In this document: one piece after another, positions 43,850 to 58,007 of the stretch
How positions within the stretch are numbered: position 1 is the first letter of the stretch
Layout: the number at the start of each line of letters is the position of its first letter
Source of the DNA: Octopus vulgaris
Taxonomy: Eukaryota
Length of the DNA stretch: 64,000 nucleotides
Reading direction: 5' to 3'
Assembly: GCA_951406725.2 (NCBI GenBank)
Contig: OX597816.1
Coordinates: 54,374,001-54,438,000, forward strand
The notes under the pieces: model-generated
The model's database searches: none
What the model was told of the DNA's origin: nothing
Seen by the model: the letters and a program-made list of their open reading frames with translations, nothing else
Made by a program: the position numbers and the translations under genes

Positions 43850-46800
43850 GACGTGAATGGAGTAGAAAAATCGACTCCAAGTAAGTTGGCTTTTTTGTGT
43901 AGAAGAACTGTTTATTTGGGGAATATTTTTGTGAAACACCATTTCCTTCAACCCCAGTAAATCTTGTAATAGGAAATTACCCCACTTGAGGTAAATTTCC
44001 AAAATTTAAAAAAAAATTCTTCGGTTTCTTTGCCATATTCTAAACGAAAATGGTTAAATTGAACCAACATGCCATTGACTTCGCGCCTCTACCAAGACCA
44101 GAGGTGAGCGAAGCTGAAAACAAAGTCGTTCCGCTTGAACTCACACAGGCTTTAGAAGGTACAAACTAAGAAGCAAATACGTTTACTTCTATAAACACTG
44201 CCTCCACCACTGCCACCACCACTACCGCCATCACTCCCACTACCGCCATCACCCCCACAACCAACACGAACACTCAAAGCAATTTTGCTGCAGCTTTAAA
44301 GCTGAAGAAAAAAATCATGTTCGAAGGAAGAAGTGCTTGCCTGCAAGGCAATGTTTAAAAAAGGCGAACACACCATACAACTACAGACACCACAAAACAT
44401 CATAGAAAAAATCGCAAAAAAAACACCAATTATTTACAAGACACTCAACCTAAAAACAAATCTATACGAAACGGCCACTCAAGAAAAGTAGAAAAATGTT
44501 CAAGGGGAAACAAATTTGCCACGATCAAAGTTAGATTCAACAGTGAAGAACGAGCCAAGGACCTCTTCACAAAGTCCTTTGAATGTGACAACTTAGTGAT
44601 GATCCCTACATACCTTGGTCGTTGGGTCACAAAGATAAAAATAAAAAATGTGCCCCTGAGATAGAAATATATTAGCTTGTGTCTGCCATTTGTTACGATA
44701 TCGAGGAGGAAATCCATATCTTGGAAATCGCTTTCCTGGACCAGAAAAATTGTATTGGTCAAGGAGTGGAAATCCTTGCTCAAATCGATCCGATCAGCTT
44801 CGAAAAAATTCCACATCAAATCAAACTGACAGACGATCCGAGGTTGCATGTAGCCGTCGAGGGCAGAAAGCCATGTTGCTACGTTTGTTGTAGCAAATCG
44901 CACCTGAAAATCAGTTGCTAATTAGCACAGAAACAACAACGACAACAACAAGAAAGCCAAAAACCGAGAGAAAATCAGCACTGCTACCCACACCGCCATA
45001 TGCACAACTAATTAAACAGCTCTACAAACAAACGAAGGAACATCAGCAACCAACAAGCCATCCCAACCAAACAACACCACCATCAGCGTCACCAAGAACA
45101 GAAACATCATCACCAAAACCAACAACAACTCTAAAGGAAGAAGGGAAAACCAAAAGGACTCATACCCCATCCCCAAAACCCACACACTACATCCCAACTG
45201 TCACCAACCAGCACCAACACCAACAACAAAATCAGAATATGCCAGTGTGGACATGGAACAACCGCATCGGGTCGTCCAGATCGTATTTAGATAGAGTATT
45301 CTGTGGGGCAGTGGATAAGGAAAGTGTAGGTTGTCCACAATTGCATATAGTCAGCTACACAGATCACAAATTTTTGACTTGTACACTTGATATAGATAAG
45401 CCACACAGGCAGGGTCCTGGTTACTGGAAGCTGAACGCATCGTTCACGGCACGCCAGGCTTACAGGGACTGGATTAGCACATTAGTTAAGAGAGCACTGA
45501 CGGGTGCCATCGTCAACAGCAGATGACGGTATGCCTTAAAGAAAGCAATTAAAGCATACCGAAATAGAATAGAGGGAGACATAGTTAAGAAATTAGAAAA
45601 GGCACTGGAGGCGAGGTTGGCCATCGACCAACACTTCAATGTCAAACACGAAGGATGCGTTGTCAGAGCTAGGATGCGTGCTGTGAGGAATGAAGGAGAT
45701 GGAGCCGCCCGAGAGGCCGGAGTGGCGGAGGCGCAACGAGGCAACAAAGTCACCATTAGGTCTCTGACAGATAAGCAAAAGCTTTTGATAGAGTAGACCA
45801 TCGCTACTTAGCGGCTGTCCTTAGAGTGGCTGGTTTCGGTCCCATCTTCCGCTGTTGGATCGCTGCCTTATACAGCAGCATCCGCTCGGTAGTTCGTGTA
45901 AACGGTCATCTGCACTGACCATTTAACATCAAGCGTTCGGTTCGTCAATGATGCCCCCTCTAGTCACGTTTGTATGAATTGACTCTTGAGCAACTACTGC
46001 GGAAGCTGGTGACGCTGAGGAGCATCCCGCGAGAGCTGGGATGCGGGAGGAGCGTGTCTGCATACGCGAATGACGCCACCGTGATAGTGTCGAGCCACAG
46101 GAATATCGACCAGGTCGGCGAGACACTAAAAGAATACAAAGCGGTAACTGGAGCAAAAATTAACCCGGAAAAGTCAGCGGGCTTGGCACCTGGAGAAGCA
46201 AGCCCATCTTGTCTACCAGCGTCTCCATCGTGAGACGTTTGACCGACGGACCGGTTAAATTGCTCGGAGTCTGGTTCGGTCCGCACCTTGAAATGAAGAA
46301 CTGGGGCGAGATAACGACTAGGGTGGCCACTCTCACCCAGTAATAGGCCGAGAGGAAGCTATCCCTAAAAGGTTGTACATCGCATCCGTCATCGATTATC
46401 GTCTGACCGTCGTACCTTGTCCCAACCCTACCATCACCTAACTGTAACGCATACTCTTCCGCTTTTTGTGGGAGGGAAGTGTTCCGATGGTTAGACGATC
46501 CATTTGCTGTCAACACCCGCTAAATGGAGAGCTTGGCATGCCGTGGCTGATGATGCGTAGATATGCGCTGAGACTGCGACATCTCACGCGCTTCATAGAC
46601 GACAATGAACATGTGTGGTCACCGTTTGTGCGACGCGCTTTCCCGCAGCTCGTCTCTTTGACCGAACTGCAGTCGTGGATCAAACAGATATCGAAGCTAG
46701 TTGAATGGCACCGTGAGTGCCGCCTTGCTCTCAAGCAACTCTGCCGTCCGAGACCAAGCTTGTGCGACTTCAATTCCACAAAGGCGTTCTATAGAGGATT

Positions 46801-47340
46801 AGTGGAGGGAAGGTGCATCGACGCTCTCGAGCAGAATCTGGGCGTCGACGAGGAACACCTGACCTACCTGTTCAGGACAACTTTCGGGCCGGGACCTATG
46901 GACAATCACCAGAGATCCTTGGCGTGGCAGTGCTATCGAGAAGCATTTCCCATTCGGGATAAGCTCTACAGGCACGGTTCGAGACACACCGGACCGACTT
47001 GCCCGAGATGCGGTCAGAGCGACGAAACCTTTCTGCACGCACTCGTGCAATATCCAACCGTTTCGGACCTGTGGGCTTATGCCGAACGGCTGCTGTCACG
47101 TGTGGGACGAGTTCGCTTGTCGGCCGAGTCTAACGTGAAAATTGCTCTGCCACCTTCTATTAACCGGGAAGGCAAGGGAGTGTTCATCGTACTGGTGGCC
47201 GTAGTGAAAGAATGTGTGTGTGGTGGACTCAACCGAAAGTTTCAGAGACAAAGACTTTCCTCTCTGGCCAATCAACTTTTTCAAGTACCACTTGAAATGG
47301 AAGGCGAGAATAGAGAGGTAAGTTTTGTCTCGTGAATATT
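43850..47340 (+). mobile_element. Tx1/L1-clade LINE, decayed (ORF1 with CCHC knuckle; ORF2 APE-RT-zinc finger with deletions)
   Basis: CYVCCSKSHLKISC, WTW..SRSYLDRVF, SYTDHK, GPGYWKLNAS, SAYANDATV..GAKINPEKS and CPRCGQSDETFLH. Confidence 0.9.
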
Positions 47341-47344
47341 CCCT

Positions 47345-48038
47345 CCCTGCCTGAGGATACAGTAGTCTTTTCCGTCGGCTTTTCCTTCCACGCATAAATC
47401 TAATCTGCAGCGGAATGAGCCAGGTTGGGATGTGGGTTTAGGGAAGAAGCTATGAACCGGGATGTCACGTAGGTTGTTGGCTGTTTGAAGGAGGAAAGGG
47501 GTAGGTTGGGGAAGATGCAAAGTGGAAGGGTCGGACTGGAGTCGCCGGAAGGCTCAGAGAATGATGCGTTGGAGGGGCGGGGTGGAGGGGTGAGAGGTGT
47601 AGAAGCGAGAGACGGGCAGCGGTGGGGCGGAAAGAGAGCAGAGGCATGGTCCACGGATCGTGCTCTGGCAAAAGCGGTGTGGATAGTGGTGAGAAGATAT
47701 CTACGAAAGATGAAGTGGCGAGCCATGAGTTGAGACTGAGTCTCAAAGTCATGGTTGTCACTGCAGAGCCTTCGCAGACGTATGAATTGGTAGTAGGGGA
47801 TGGAGATCTTGACGTGGGTAGAGTAGGAGGAGGAGAAGTTGAGGTATGAGTGTGAGTAGGTGTGTTTGTAGTGGATGGAGGTAGTGAGATGGAGTTGTGT
47901 AAGTTGACCGAAATGTCGAAGAAAGGCGACGGAAGTGTTGGAAATGATACAGGAGAATTCGGGGGCAGGATGTAAGGATTGGACAAAAGAGAGGAAAGAG
48001 TCTAGTTGTTCGCGTGAGAGCGAGGTCGCACCTATAGT
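47345..48038 (-). mobile_element. Penelope-like element RT C-terminal fragment
   Basis: FVQSLHP..F, HYKHT.SHSYLNFSS and IPYYQFIRLRRLCS..F..RRY are typical PLE RT motifs. Confidence 0.85.
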
Positions 48039-48039
48039 C

Positions 48040-48129
<90 letters not shown>

Positions 48130-48175
48130 TCTATCTGTCTGTCTGTCTGTCTGTATGTCTGCCTACTTGCCTGCC

Positions 48176-48212
<37 letters not shown>

Positions 48213-48637
48213 GCCTGTCTGTCTCTCTGTCTGTCTGTCAGTTTGTCTGTTTTTGATTTCATTTACCTCCATTTATAAACGATGTATGAATATCGTTTCA
48301 TTCAGTAGCATTAGTTCTATGTACAAAAATACATAAATACTCACATAGATACATACATACATACATACATACATACATAAACAAATACATACATACATAC
48401 ATACATGCATACACACCTGCATACAACCATAATGAATCAGCTTTTTCGATTGAATGTATGAATGTTCTATGCGCCCATGCACCAGAAATTGTATGAATGA
48501 ATCTAATATTGTATGTGTAGGTAAATGGAAATAAGTATAACATTCGTGTATACACACAAACACATATTTATATACATATATATGTATGTATATCTATATA
48601 CATATATATTCATGTACATATATACATATATACATAT

Positions 48638-48695
<58 letters not shown>

Positions 48696-49489
48696 TGGTA
48701 AAAATGGTAAAATAACAAAAGAAAGAGACCTCAGTATTATGTAAATAGAGGAATTTATCTGTAAAATAATGTGACAATTATACATATATATATATATATA
48801 TATATATAAATATGTATATATATATATATGAACATATGTGTATGTACATTTATATATGCGTGTGTGCGTGAATTTAGATGTGAATTGAGAATTTATGGAT
48901 TCAGTTATCTCTGCGGAAATGTGTTTTGGTAAAACAGTAATCAACTGTTTAAAAACCTATTGTTCATGTCTTAACCAGCGTTCAAAGAACGAAGTTTCTA
49001 GGTGCAGAGACCGGTTGCTGCAACAAACCACTTTCGAGATAACAAGAGCAATGATGACGTTTAAAAGATAATACCTGTGCATCAGTAATTACTTTTAACA
49101 ACCCTATTCAATGTACATGCTGTTCACGGGAAATATATGATTGCCTGCAATCCAATCTTATTATACTGAACTTTGGGAAATTTATAACTGAAAATTAAAC
49201 AGTAAAGAAATAAATACAAATTATAGTGTATTTCAAATAATTTTAGATAATTCTGTTGGTAATAATTCATTTAATTTCAAACGTGATCTACGGAGAGTTT
49301 ATACACAATTAGGTTATATTTTCATAAATATTTAACCTTGTAGTTTTTAGCAAGGAGAATGTAAACTGTCCTTCAGCTCCCTCTTTTTCTTTATATACTT
49401 ACACACACGTGCGCGCACACACACATGTAAGATATTAGCTGCTGCTATATATCAGTAGATGCTAAATTTATCTAAGAATGAGATTGATA

Positions 49490-49547
49490 ATGGAACGTTG
49501 CTACTGATGATGCATAAAGATGCAGAAATCTAGAGTTAGCTTTCCAT
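49490..49547 (+). ncRNA. Minimal type I hammerhead-like motif with extended stem I
   Basis: ATGGAA..GCTA-CTGATGA-TGCAT aaag ATGCA-GAAA-TCTAGA-GT-TAGC..TTCCAT. One core change (U16.1 to G). Confidence 0.6.
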
Positions 49548-49709
49548 CGCACTACTGGACGCTTTCCGCCTGCTACTGACAGCCTTCTGTGCTTTTCAAC
49601 AATATACATGTATCCGAGATACTTTTTCAAGGCAAATATAACAGTTTTGGGGATTTCTATGGTATAGCCACGTTAAATAATATATACAGAATGAGATATA
49701 TATACATCT

Positions 49710-49772
<63 letters not shown>

Positions 49773-50112
49773 ACACATGCATGTGTGTGCATACATATAT
49801 ATATACGTGTGTGTGCGTGTGTGTGTGTGCGTGCGTGTGTGTGTGTGTGGACTTTTCGAAATGGTTATATAGTAAGAAAAACAAGGCAGTCAGAATTTGG
49901 TTCAACTATTTATTAAGCACTTTTACCCCTTCAAAGATTCATCGCAAGAGATCTCTTGATAAAATTCTCATCTTTTATATATTTGTGAGTTAGCAAAAGA
50001 AAAAAATATTGGGAGTTGAACTTGCGTCCTTGGCCTTTGCGAAGATGATATTTTGGAAGTTGTTATTTAAAATGTTTTTGTCACTTTGAATTTATACGTG
50101 TGTGTTTATATG

Positions 50113-50157
<45 letters not shown>

Positions 50158-50268
50158 TGTGTGGGTGGGTGGGTGGGGGTGGATTTTTAAACAAAGCATA
50201 TATGAGTATTATTTTGAGGCTCGGTTAGAGTGAGGAGAAAAAAGGAAGGGAAAGAGAAAAAGAAAGAC

Positions 50269-50327
<59 letters not shown>

Positions 50328-50500
50328 CAGAAAGGGGCGCTTTTCTAAGATGGTTGAAATTGATGAGAAGTCAAAAAGATCAAATTTTTTATGAATTGCA
50401 ATAAATCTCTCTCAGTTCTGGTGTGGATGACAAAGTGTTTGGTCAGTTATGTTACCCAGCTGCGGAAAATAGAATCTATCAAATTGTTTCGGAAGGCTTT

Positions 50501-50535
<35 letters not shown>

Positions 50536-50659
50536 CAGCGCATGCGCGTGAGGTAGTGCGCCTCTGTGTTGTATGTTTGTCGTTTAAGTGGATTTTTCCT
50601 GTTATGTTAGTGTTAGTAATGAGAACATTATTAATAATAATATTATCTAGTTGTAACCT

Positions 50660-51730
50660 GGTTTAGTTTCTTTTGGGAAATCTCGGACAAGGCCGGCTGA
50701 CTGCACTCCCGTGCCTGTAAAGTGTATCTCGAACAGGTAGTACCACCCGGCAGCACTGCCAGACCAAGGATTTCTGGAAATTATTCATACACTCCAGTCC
50801 GAAAGTTCTCCGGAACATACCAACTCGTTCTTGTCGACGCCCAGAGAACATCGTCGTACTTACACGTCGCTAAACATCTATGGAACGCCATAGGAGATTT
50901 CCACCGACCGCATTGCCCGACTGAGAGAGGAGTGTGAGCGCCTGATGACACTCTCGGTGCCAGGCGCCTTTCCTCGGTCTACGCTTGATCTAGGACTACA
51001 GTTCAGTCAATGAGACAAGCTGTGGAAAATCGCATCTGACAAACGGCGACCGCATCTGCTCACCGTCAAGGAAGCACTGGAGATACCACAGCCTCAGCGC
51101 ATGTTTGCGCATCAATAGCAACGGCATGCCCAGCCCTCCATTTAGAGGGTGTTGATAGCAAATGGAACGCCTTAGCACAGAAAGCGGAATAGTAGCCGCT
51201 CCGGTTTGGTCAGACTTGACCGGAGCAGGGCACGATAGTGAGGCGGTAGTAGATGAGGGATGGGATGTATGCATTCGCCGCCTCCACCCGACATTTCAGG
51301 GATAACTTTCTTTTTGCCCATTTCTGGAGATCTGGACATACCCCGAGTAATTTAACGACCCTTTCCGTCCAGTGTCTTACGGCACTGCTGGAAGGCATGG
51401 ACTTGCCTCTCCAGGTGCCGAGTTGCAAACCCACTGACTTCTCCTGGTCAATTTTTGCTCCTGTCACCGCCTCGTATTCTTTTGCAGCGGTGCCAACCAG
51501 ATCTAGGTGCTTGGTGTTCGACACTATGACGGTGACGTTGTCCACATACGCCGACACGGTTCTCCCACGTTCTTGTTCGCGCGGGATGCCTCTCAACGCC
51601 TCCATTTTCTGCTGTAGTGGCTCTAGAGCTATCACATACAAGAGAGACAAGAAGGGACACCCTTGACGGACCGAACGCATGATACTGGATAGTTCTGATA
51701 GGTAACCATTCACCCGAACTACCGAACAAA
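50660..51730 (-). mobile_element. Tx1-like LINE RT fragment
   Basis: RSVRQGCP.LSLLY..ALEPL, SAYVDNVTV and YEAVTGAKID.EKS. Homologous to 45890-47000. Confidence 0.88.
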
Positions 51731-52544
51731 TGTCTATGAGTCAACGAAAATGTGACAGAAGTTTGAATAAAGTTTGTGTCACAATGACATTTAAAAGGAA
51801 AATTGAAGAATGAAGCAACAAAAAAAATATTTTGAGGACAAAACTGAAAGAAAACTACAACTGAAGCAGAACTTAATAAATACCGTGTTTCACGTGTTAA
51901 ACAATAAAGTATATATATATGTGATGATGTTTGTAACGAAGTTAATATAAACATTCTACCAAATTTATATGAGAGCATTATCGATTTTCTATTGATTTCA
52001 ACAGAAATCAAACTATAAAAATGTTTAGAGAAATTAGGAGTGCAAATATATTTTCTCATAGGAAACATTTTATTGCAAACATTAGTGATTTTGAGAAAGA
52101 CGAAGTATTCGGCAAGACTAATTATATCATCATATTGTATTTCTTGATAATAGTTAACTCTACTGGGGATAACAAGTTATTAATAATGAAGGCCTAATTA
52201 ATTATTTTTCAAATATCTCCTTTCTAAAACTTGTATCAATATTCTTTTCCTAAACTAAAAGAAAACAAACACAAAAACCATTACAACATATTCTTACTAC
52301 GATGTCAGTAATATTGATTAAATCTGACAATGCTAACCGATAGTTCAACTAGGTTTTTTTTCATTCGTCCGGGAATCAGCATTTGTGTTTCCCAGCACCA
52401 ACTAACTTTTGTTCTTCAGACATTTCCTTCTAAAATAACCAGATGACACATCCTCGACAATTAGGCAGACAATACCGATATAAACAACGTAAAGTTTCGA
52501 AATATTTTCGATTGAAATATCTGCCTCTCTGTGTCTCTCTCCCT

Positions 52545-52588
<44 letters not shown>

Positions 52589-52638
52589 GTATGTATGTAT
52601 GTGTGTGTCTCTCTCTCTCTCTCTGTCTCTCTCTCCCT

Positions 52639-52688
<50 letters not shown>

Positions 52689-52689
52689 A

Positions 52690-52898
52690 TGCTTGTGTGT
52701 CTGTGTCCCCCCACCATCGCTTGACAACCGATGCTGGTGCGTTTACGTCCCCGTAACCAAGCGGTTCGGCAAAAGAGACCGACAGAATAAGTACTAGGCT
52801 TACAAGGAATAAGTCTTGGGGTCGATTTGCTCGATTAAAGGCGCTGCTCCAGCATGGCTGCAGTAAAATGACTGAAACAAGTAAAAGAGTGAAAGAAT
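52690..52898 (+). mobile_element. SINE family B, 3' half
   Basis: Matches 61090-61300. Confidence 0.88.
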
Positions 52899-52930
52899 AA
52901 AAAATATTAGAAAAAACTCAAAAGAACTAA

Positions 52931-53048
52931 TTGTATTACTTAATCAGCTTACTCACGTTTCGGATATATCAACAAATTACGAAATTCTACAGATTTTTGG
53001 AATTAGCTAATCTATCAGAAAGGTGAGTAAGCTGATTAAATAATGTAA
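52931..53048. repeat. ~118-bp imperfect palindrome (fold-back)
   Basis: TAATCAGCTTACTCAC ... GTGAGTAAGCTGATTA, with further inner pairing. Confidence 0.8.
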
Positions 53049-53199
53049 AATACATACATACATACATACATATATACATACATACATACATACATACATA
53101 CATACATACATACATACATACATACATACATACATACATACACTTAGATAACAGTTAACGAAAATTAGCTCCGGCCATGACTAACTTCATGGCACCACC

Positions 53200-53850
53200 A
53201 AAGAGATGTAATGACGTTTCCTATTACAGCCATTCTTTGGGTACCATATCCCATTAGAGTAAAGAGCCATAGCTCGAAGAGATATATTCGGGTGTAGGTG
53301 GTTTATCTGGAATTTGTTGGAGATATTCATGCAAGAACCGTTTGGACGTTATGAGATATTTTTCTTCTCTTGGCATGATGTTTAAGAGAGCATAGTCAAT
53401 TATGGAGAAATAGTTCTGTCTTAGTGTTGTGATTTGACACGAGCATGATTTTAAAGAGGACAGATGGCCCGGAGACCAAGTGATGAGAGGATTTTAAATT
53501 TGATGCCAACATTTTCCACATAATTCAAGTAATTTTTCATCTGTCATGGAAGAAATATAGTGTGAGTTTCTTAAGACGATACCAATAGTGAAGACTTGTT
53601 ATGTCGTCTCTCTTCCCTGTCATCGATATCTGGAGTGCTTCAAGTTTTACAATATTCTGTTTCAGGTAGTAAACAGCATTCAAGGTGAGGACGGATGATG
53701 GTGGAGAAGAGAGGGATAATGGTAGGAGCATCTCTAGATTGAAAAGTCCCTAGAATCCAGGAACACGCCCTGCCGGCCACGTCGACTTTCTTCTTTATGT
53801 GGGCACCCCAGCAAAAGTTGTCGACAGTTACACCGAGGTTCTGACCTGTG
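53200..53850 (-). mobile_element. CR1-like LINE RT C-terminal fragment
   Basis: NLGVTVD...HI, WILGTFQSRD, IIRPHLECC, LEALQ and LHYWYRLKKL.LY. Confidence 0.7.
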
Positions 53851-53939
53851 TTTGATGTGATAAGATATTTACCCGAGGAAAGAGTGTATGACAGCATAAG
53901 TGAATATTGGATGTTGAAACGTTTGATGTCTTTAACACT

Positions 53940-55036
53940 TGGTGTAGATTGGGAGACTTGGGGTGTTTTAGGACGGCATGGGATTAGGAGTTCCAATAGT
54001 AATGGTTTACTGCTATTACAGATGTGTGTAGAGATAGATCTGAGTGTCATGAACACAATGTTTAAACTAAAAAAAGAAATAAGTATAAAACGACATGGAT
54101 GCACCCTGGATCTAAGAAACGGTACCTTACAGATTATAGCCTCACTAGGAAACGGGATACCGGGGACTTTGCTATTGTGCAAGTTATGCGTGGTGCAGAG
54201 TGCTGAATGGACCATAGGCTTTTGTGTGCTAAGAGGAATTTTATTGTCAAACCTAAGGATAGAACAAACAATGCCAAGTTACCTAAACGAATCGATGTCA
54301 ATAAACTTAAGATTCCATCAGTACACAATGAGTTTGAGTGTGAGATAAATAATTTGTCCTGTGATGGAAGTTGGAATTCCTTCAAAGAGACAGTCTGTGA
54401 GATTTGTAGTAACATTCTTAGTTTTGTCGTGAAAAATCATCAGGATTGGTTTGACGATAATTATGAAGAAATTGGTCATATCTTAGAGGAGAAGTGAAAG
54501 GCATTCAGTATGTTGCCAAATGCTGACTTTTTAATGAACAGGACAGCGGCTATACATTTCAATAAGGCGGCGAGTTGGCAGAAACGTTAGCACGTCGGGC
54601 GAAATGCGTAGCCGTATTTCGTCTGCCGTTATGTTCTGAGTTCAAATTTCGCCGAGGTCGACTTTGCCTTTCATCCTTTCGGAGTCGATAAATTAAGTAC
54701 CAGTTACGCACTGGGGTCGATGTAATCGACTTAATCCGTTTGTCTGTCCTTGTTTGTCCCCTCTGTGTTTAGCCCCCTTGTGGGTAGTAAAGAAATATAT
54801 ACATTTCAAGGCAGTAAAAGCAGCAGTGCATAGGAAGCTGAGGATGATGCAGAAAAGTTGGTGGAGTGAAAAATGCAATGAAATCCAAGAAACTTCAACT
54901 GCAAACAATTCCAAACATTTTACTCTCTCTTGAAAAAAGTTTATAGTCCAGCTTCATCAGCAGGTATTCCACTTCGTAGCAATGATGACACAGAATTATT
55001 ATTAACAAATACTAAACATATTGTTGGGAGATGGAA
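53940..55036 (+). mobile_element. RTE-clade LINE fragment (APE and linker), interrupted by a SINE
   Basis: GVLGRHG..NSNGLLLL..C....L.VMNTMF, DHRLL and HQDWFDDN..EI. Continues after 54810 (WWSEKC.EIQ, LKKVY.P, IVGRW). Confidence 0.85.
54563..54797 (+). mobile_element. SINE family A (tail type 2) with 12-bp TSD TATACATTTCAA
   Basis: TSD at 54551-54562 and 54798-54809. Confidence 0.93.
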
Positions 55037-55299
55037 CACACACACACACGCAACAATTACCCATATATCCAAATATAAAAATAAATGCACATATGCATGC
55101 AACCGACAAAACTCTCGGCCTTTGTGTTACTTTACACCTTTCTATATTTTCGTTCTATCGTGATCTCATCTTCAGAACGGAATGGCGTTGGTGGCTGCTG
55201 CTGCTTTTTTTTTGTAGTAGCAGACAGTGCCAGTGTAATTGGCGTAAACATTACTGCTGTAATTTGAATGTTGCGATATTCATCTATCATCGATCGGGT

Positions 55300-56770
55300 G
55301 CATATTTATGACCAGTATCTAGATTGTACCTGAGCTTCTTTTAACATTTTGTTATGAGTATTGTTTCCACCATTATTTCTCTATTTTTTTTTTAGGGAAA
55401 TTCTGTCAACTATTGATGTGTTGTTTACTAACGTTTGCTTCTCTAGTTGTGTTTTGTGTGGTGGTGGTGTCGTAGAATAGTGCTTAGAAAATTCTGTTAG
55501 TTGTTAATGTATGGTGAGGTATCGAGCGAATATCATACTTCTGTGGATAAGGTCGGAGTTGCGAAATTTAGGATTTGTTTTCACATTTATTGTCGATTTT
55601 ATAAACCACATTGCTCGTTAGTATCGTGTTTGCGGATTTATATGGTTGACGTTTGTTGTTGCTAAGAACATTTTAAATTCTTTTGCTTTACTTTTATTCT
55701 GTGATGTTTCATTTGTGCTCAGGTCTATAAGTTTTTGAATGTGTTCATCTCTCAGTGTTAGGGTTAATGTTCGTCTGTTCCATAGTTATTATGTATTTGA
55801 TTCATACAATAGACTTTATGTGTGGTTTGTGTAGTTTAAATAAACGTCTGATGCAATTGCTGACGTATAGTTCTCCCTATATTATAGTGTGCTTTGATCA
55901 ATTAGTCTTTCAAAACATCTGTTATTGGATAATTTTTGTTTTATTCTGGGAATTTCTTTATCCAGTTGTTCATTTATGGAGGAAAATGTAAATTTTCTTC
56001 TAAATAAAGATTTCACATTTGACATTTTCTATCGTCGTGGACATTAGCTATCTCCATGTCATTATTTACTTTTATTTCTGGCTTTGGACAAAAATAAAAC
56101 AAAAAAAAACAACAACAAAGCTGATGCATTTGTTTCTATCAGAATATTTCTTGTTAGAAATGGAATCATTTTAGAGTTAGTAATTTTATTTCTCTTGCTC
56201 TGGGTTTTGAGCTCTAAAGCGGAATTTTTTTCTCGATCTTTTAATTTCTCGACGTTAAAGTTTGTCCATTAAGATGTAGATCTCACTCAACATACTTGGG
56301 GTATATCGTATGAATATGTTTGATACCATTCTCTTTTCTAGTATACACACTCTAAATGGTGTACAGATGTATCTCAAAGACAAAAATCTACCCAGTTCTT
56401 TGTTTATATAAATTTGTGGACAGCCAAAATCATTTATACAAGTTTGCTGAACATACTTTAATAATTTTTTCAAATTGTTAACTGCTATAAGAGGTGAGAA
56501 AAGGGTACTTCTGCTGGAAAAATACTTTAGTATAGGAAGCAGTTTCTTATTGAGTATTTGGACACATTATATGATTTCTGTTGTTTCTGCCACTGGAACA
56601 ATAACACCAGATAGCTATTCTATGCCAAATATTGCTTCCTGCTGTAGTTTCTTCGAGAAAAAAACCCCCCAAAAACCTTTGGTGGCCATTTACTGTTTCG
56701 CTCCGACCACATCCAGAGTATCTTCGTTTATTCTATCACTCCAGTGTGAATGTTTCATAATTGTGTCTAA
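55300..56770 (-). mobile_element. Possible decayed Penelope-like RT/GIY-YIG remnant
   Basis: Strong A-rich minus-strand bias with weak motif remnants such as HYNIGRT. No clean ORF. Confidence 0.3.
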
Positions 56771-56771
56771 T

Positions 56772-57830
56772 AATCCCCTTATTCTCTATGGACGGAACCT
56801 GCCTGTTTAACATTCTTGTCTCTATTGCGGTATGCTTCTACTAATTTATGTAATAGTAAGTCCAATGGCCTTCCTTGACTCCTACTTACAACAATTTTCT
56901 ACTCTCATTGCAACACAAATAAATTATGGTGTTTGTTCTAATATAGTCTTCTGCTGTACTTTCTCAATGCCTCACACATGCAACAATTTCGTATGGCAAT
57001 GTATCTGTTTAATATATTATTTCCAAGAGAGGATTAGTTTGTATATTTTTACTGCATATATGCCAGGGGTGAATCCTTTTTCAGTGCGGAGGAACTAAGC
57101 AGGTAACTATTTCTATGTTTATACTTGTAATTCGTTTATTTGGTTTAACTTGGTTTTGTTGTGAAATTAATTACCACCATCAGAGTTTCTGTACCTTCAT
57201 AGCCACATCTTAAGGATGAAGTGGTGTTAACCTGGGCTGGGATCTTCCATGTAGTACCAGATTACTCGCCATATATAAGCTACTAACAACCAATGGGATT
57301 CATAATTCAGTTGTAAACGTAAACATTGTAAACTCATAATCGTTACATTTCCCATTGTGGTAGACCCTTCTCCCACCATACAACAACACTATATACTACA
57401 CCGAAGTTAAAGTAATCACGCGAGCAAAATACACACGCCATGGACAAAAATAAAAGAGTTCAACGATGATGTATAAAGTTCCAATTCCTCTCCCAACGTT
57501 TACACTTATTGCGGAGTTTTTTCTGTGTTCGAATGTAACTATGTAAGAATGTAACTTGAGTAAAGTGTTACCAATTTTAGCGTATTACCAAATAAATACA
57601 CAATGAGGAAAATCAACGAAACAGTTGCATGTGTGAGGCATTGAGAAAGTACAGCAGAAGACTATATTAGAACAAACATGATTTATTTGTGTTGCAATGA
57701 GAGTAGAAAATTGTAAGTAGGAGTCAAGGAAGGCCATTGCACTTACTATTACATAAATGAGTAGAAGTATACCGCAATAAAGACAAGAATTTTAAACAGG
57801 CAGGTTCCGTCCATAGAGAATAAAGGGATT
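56772..57830. repeat. ~215-bp inverted repeat pair (56772-56992 / 57616-57830), MITE- or fold-back-like
   Basis: The arms are closely matching reverse complements separated by about 620 bp. Confidence 0.85.
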
Positions 57831-58007
57831 CGCCGTGCCAGCTTAGTCCCGAAGTTGATGGTGTTAAGTCGGTGAAATAACACAGCTGTTTATATTGAAA
57901 TAATGCCGTCAGGGGTAGTGTCCTTCCGAAGTCCCATTTTAAAAATAGTCTTCTATTAACTGCCGGCTGACTAACTGCAACAGAGTTCCTTTCTGGACGG
58001 ATGACGC

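Noticed and set aside
50940-50970. CTGATGA followed by a small hairpin
   Set aside because: No GAAA core follows, and it lies within Tx1 coding sequence.
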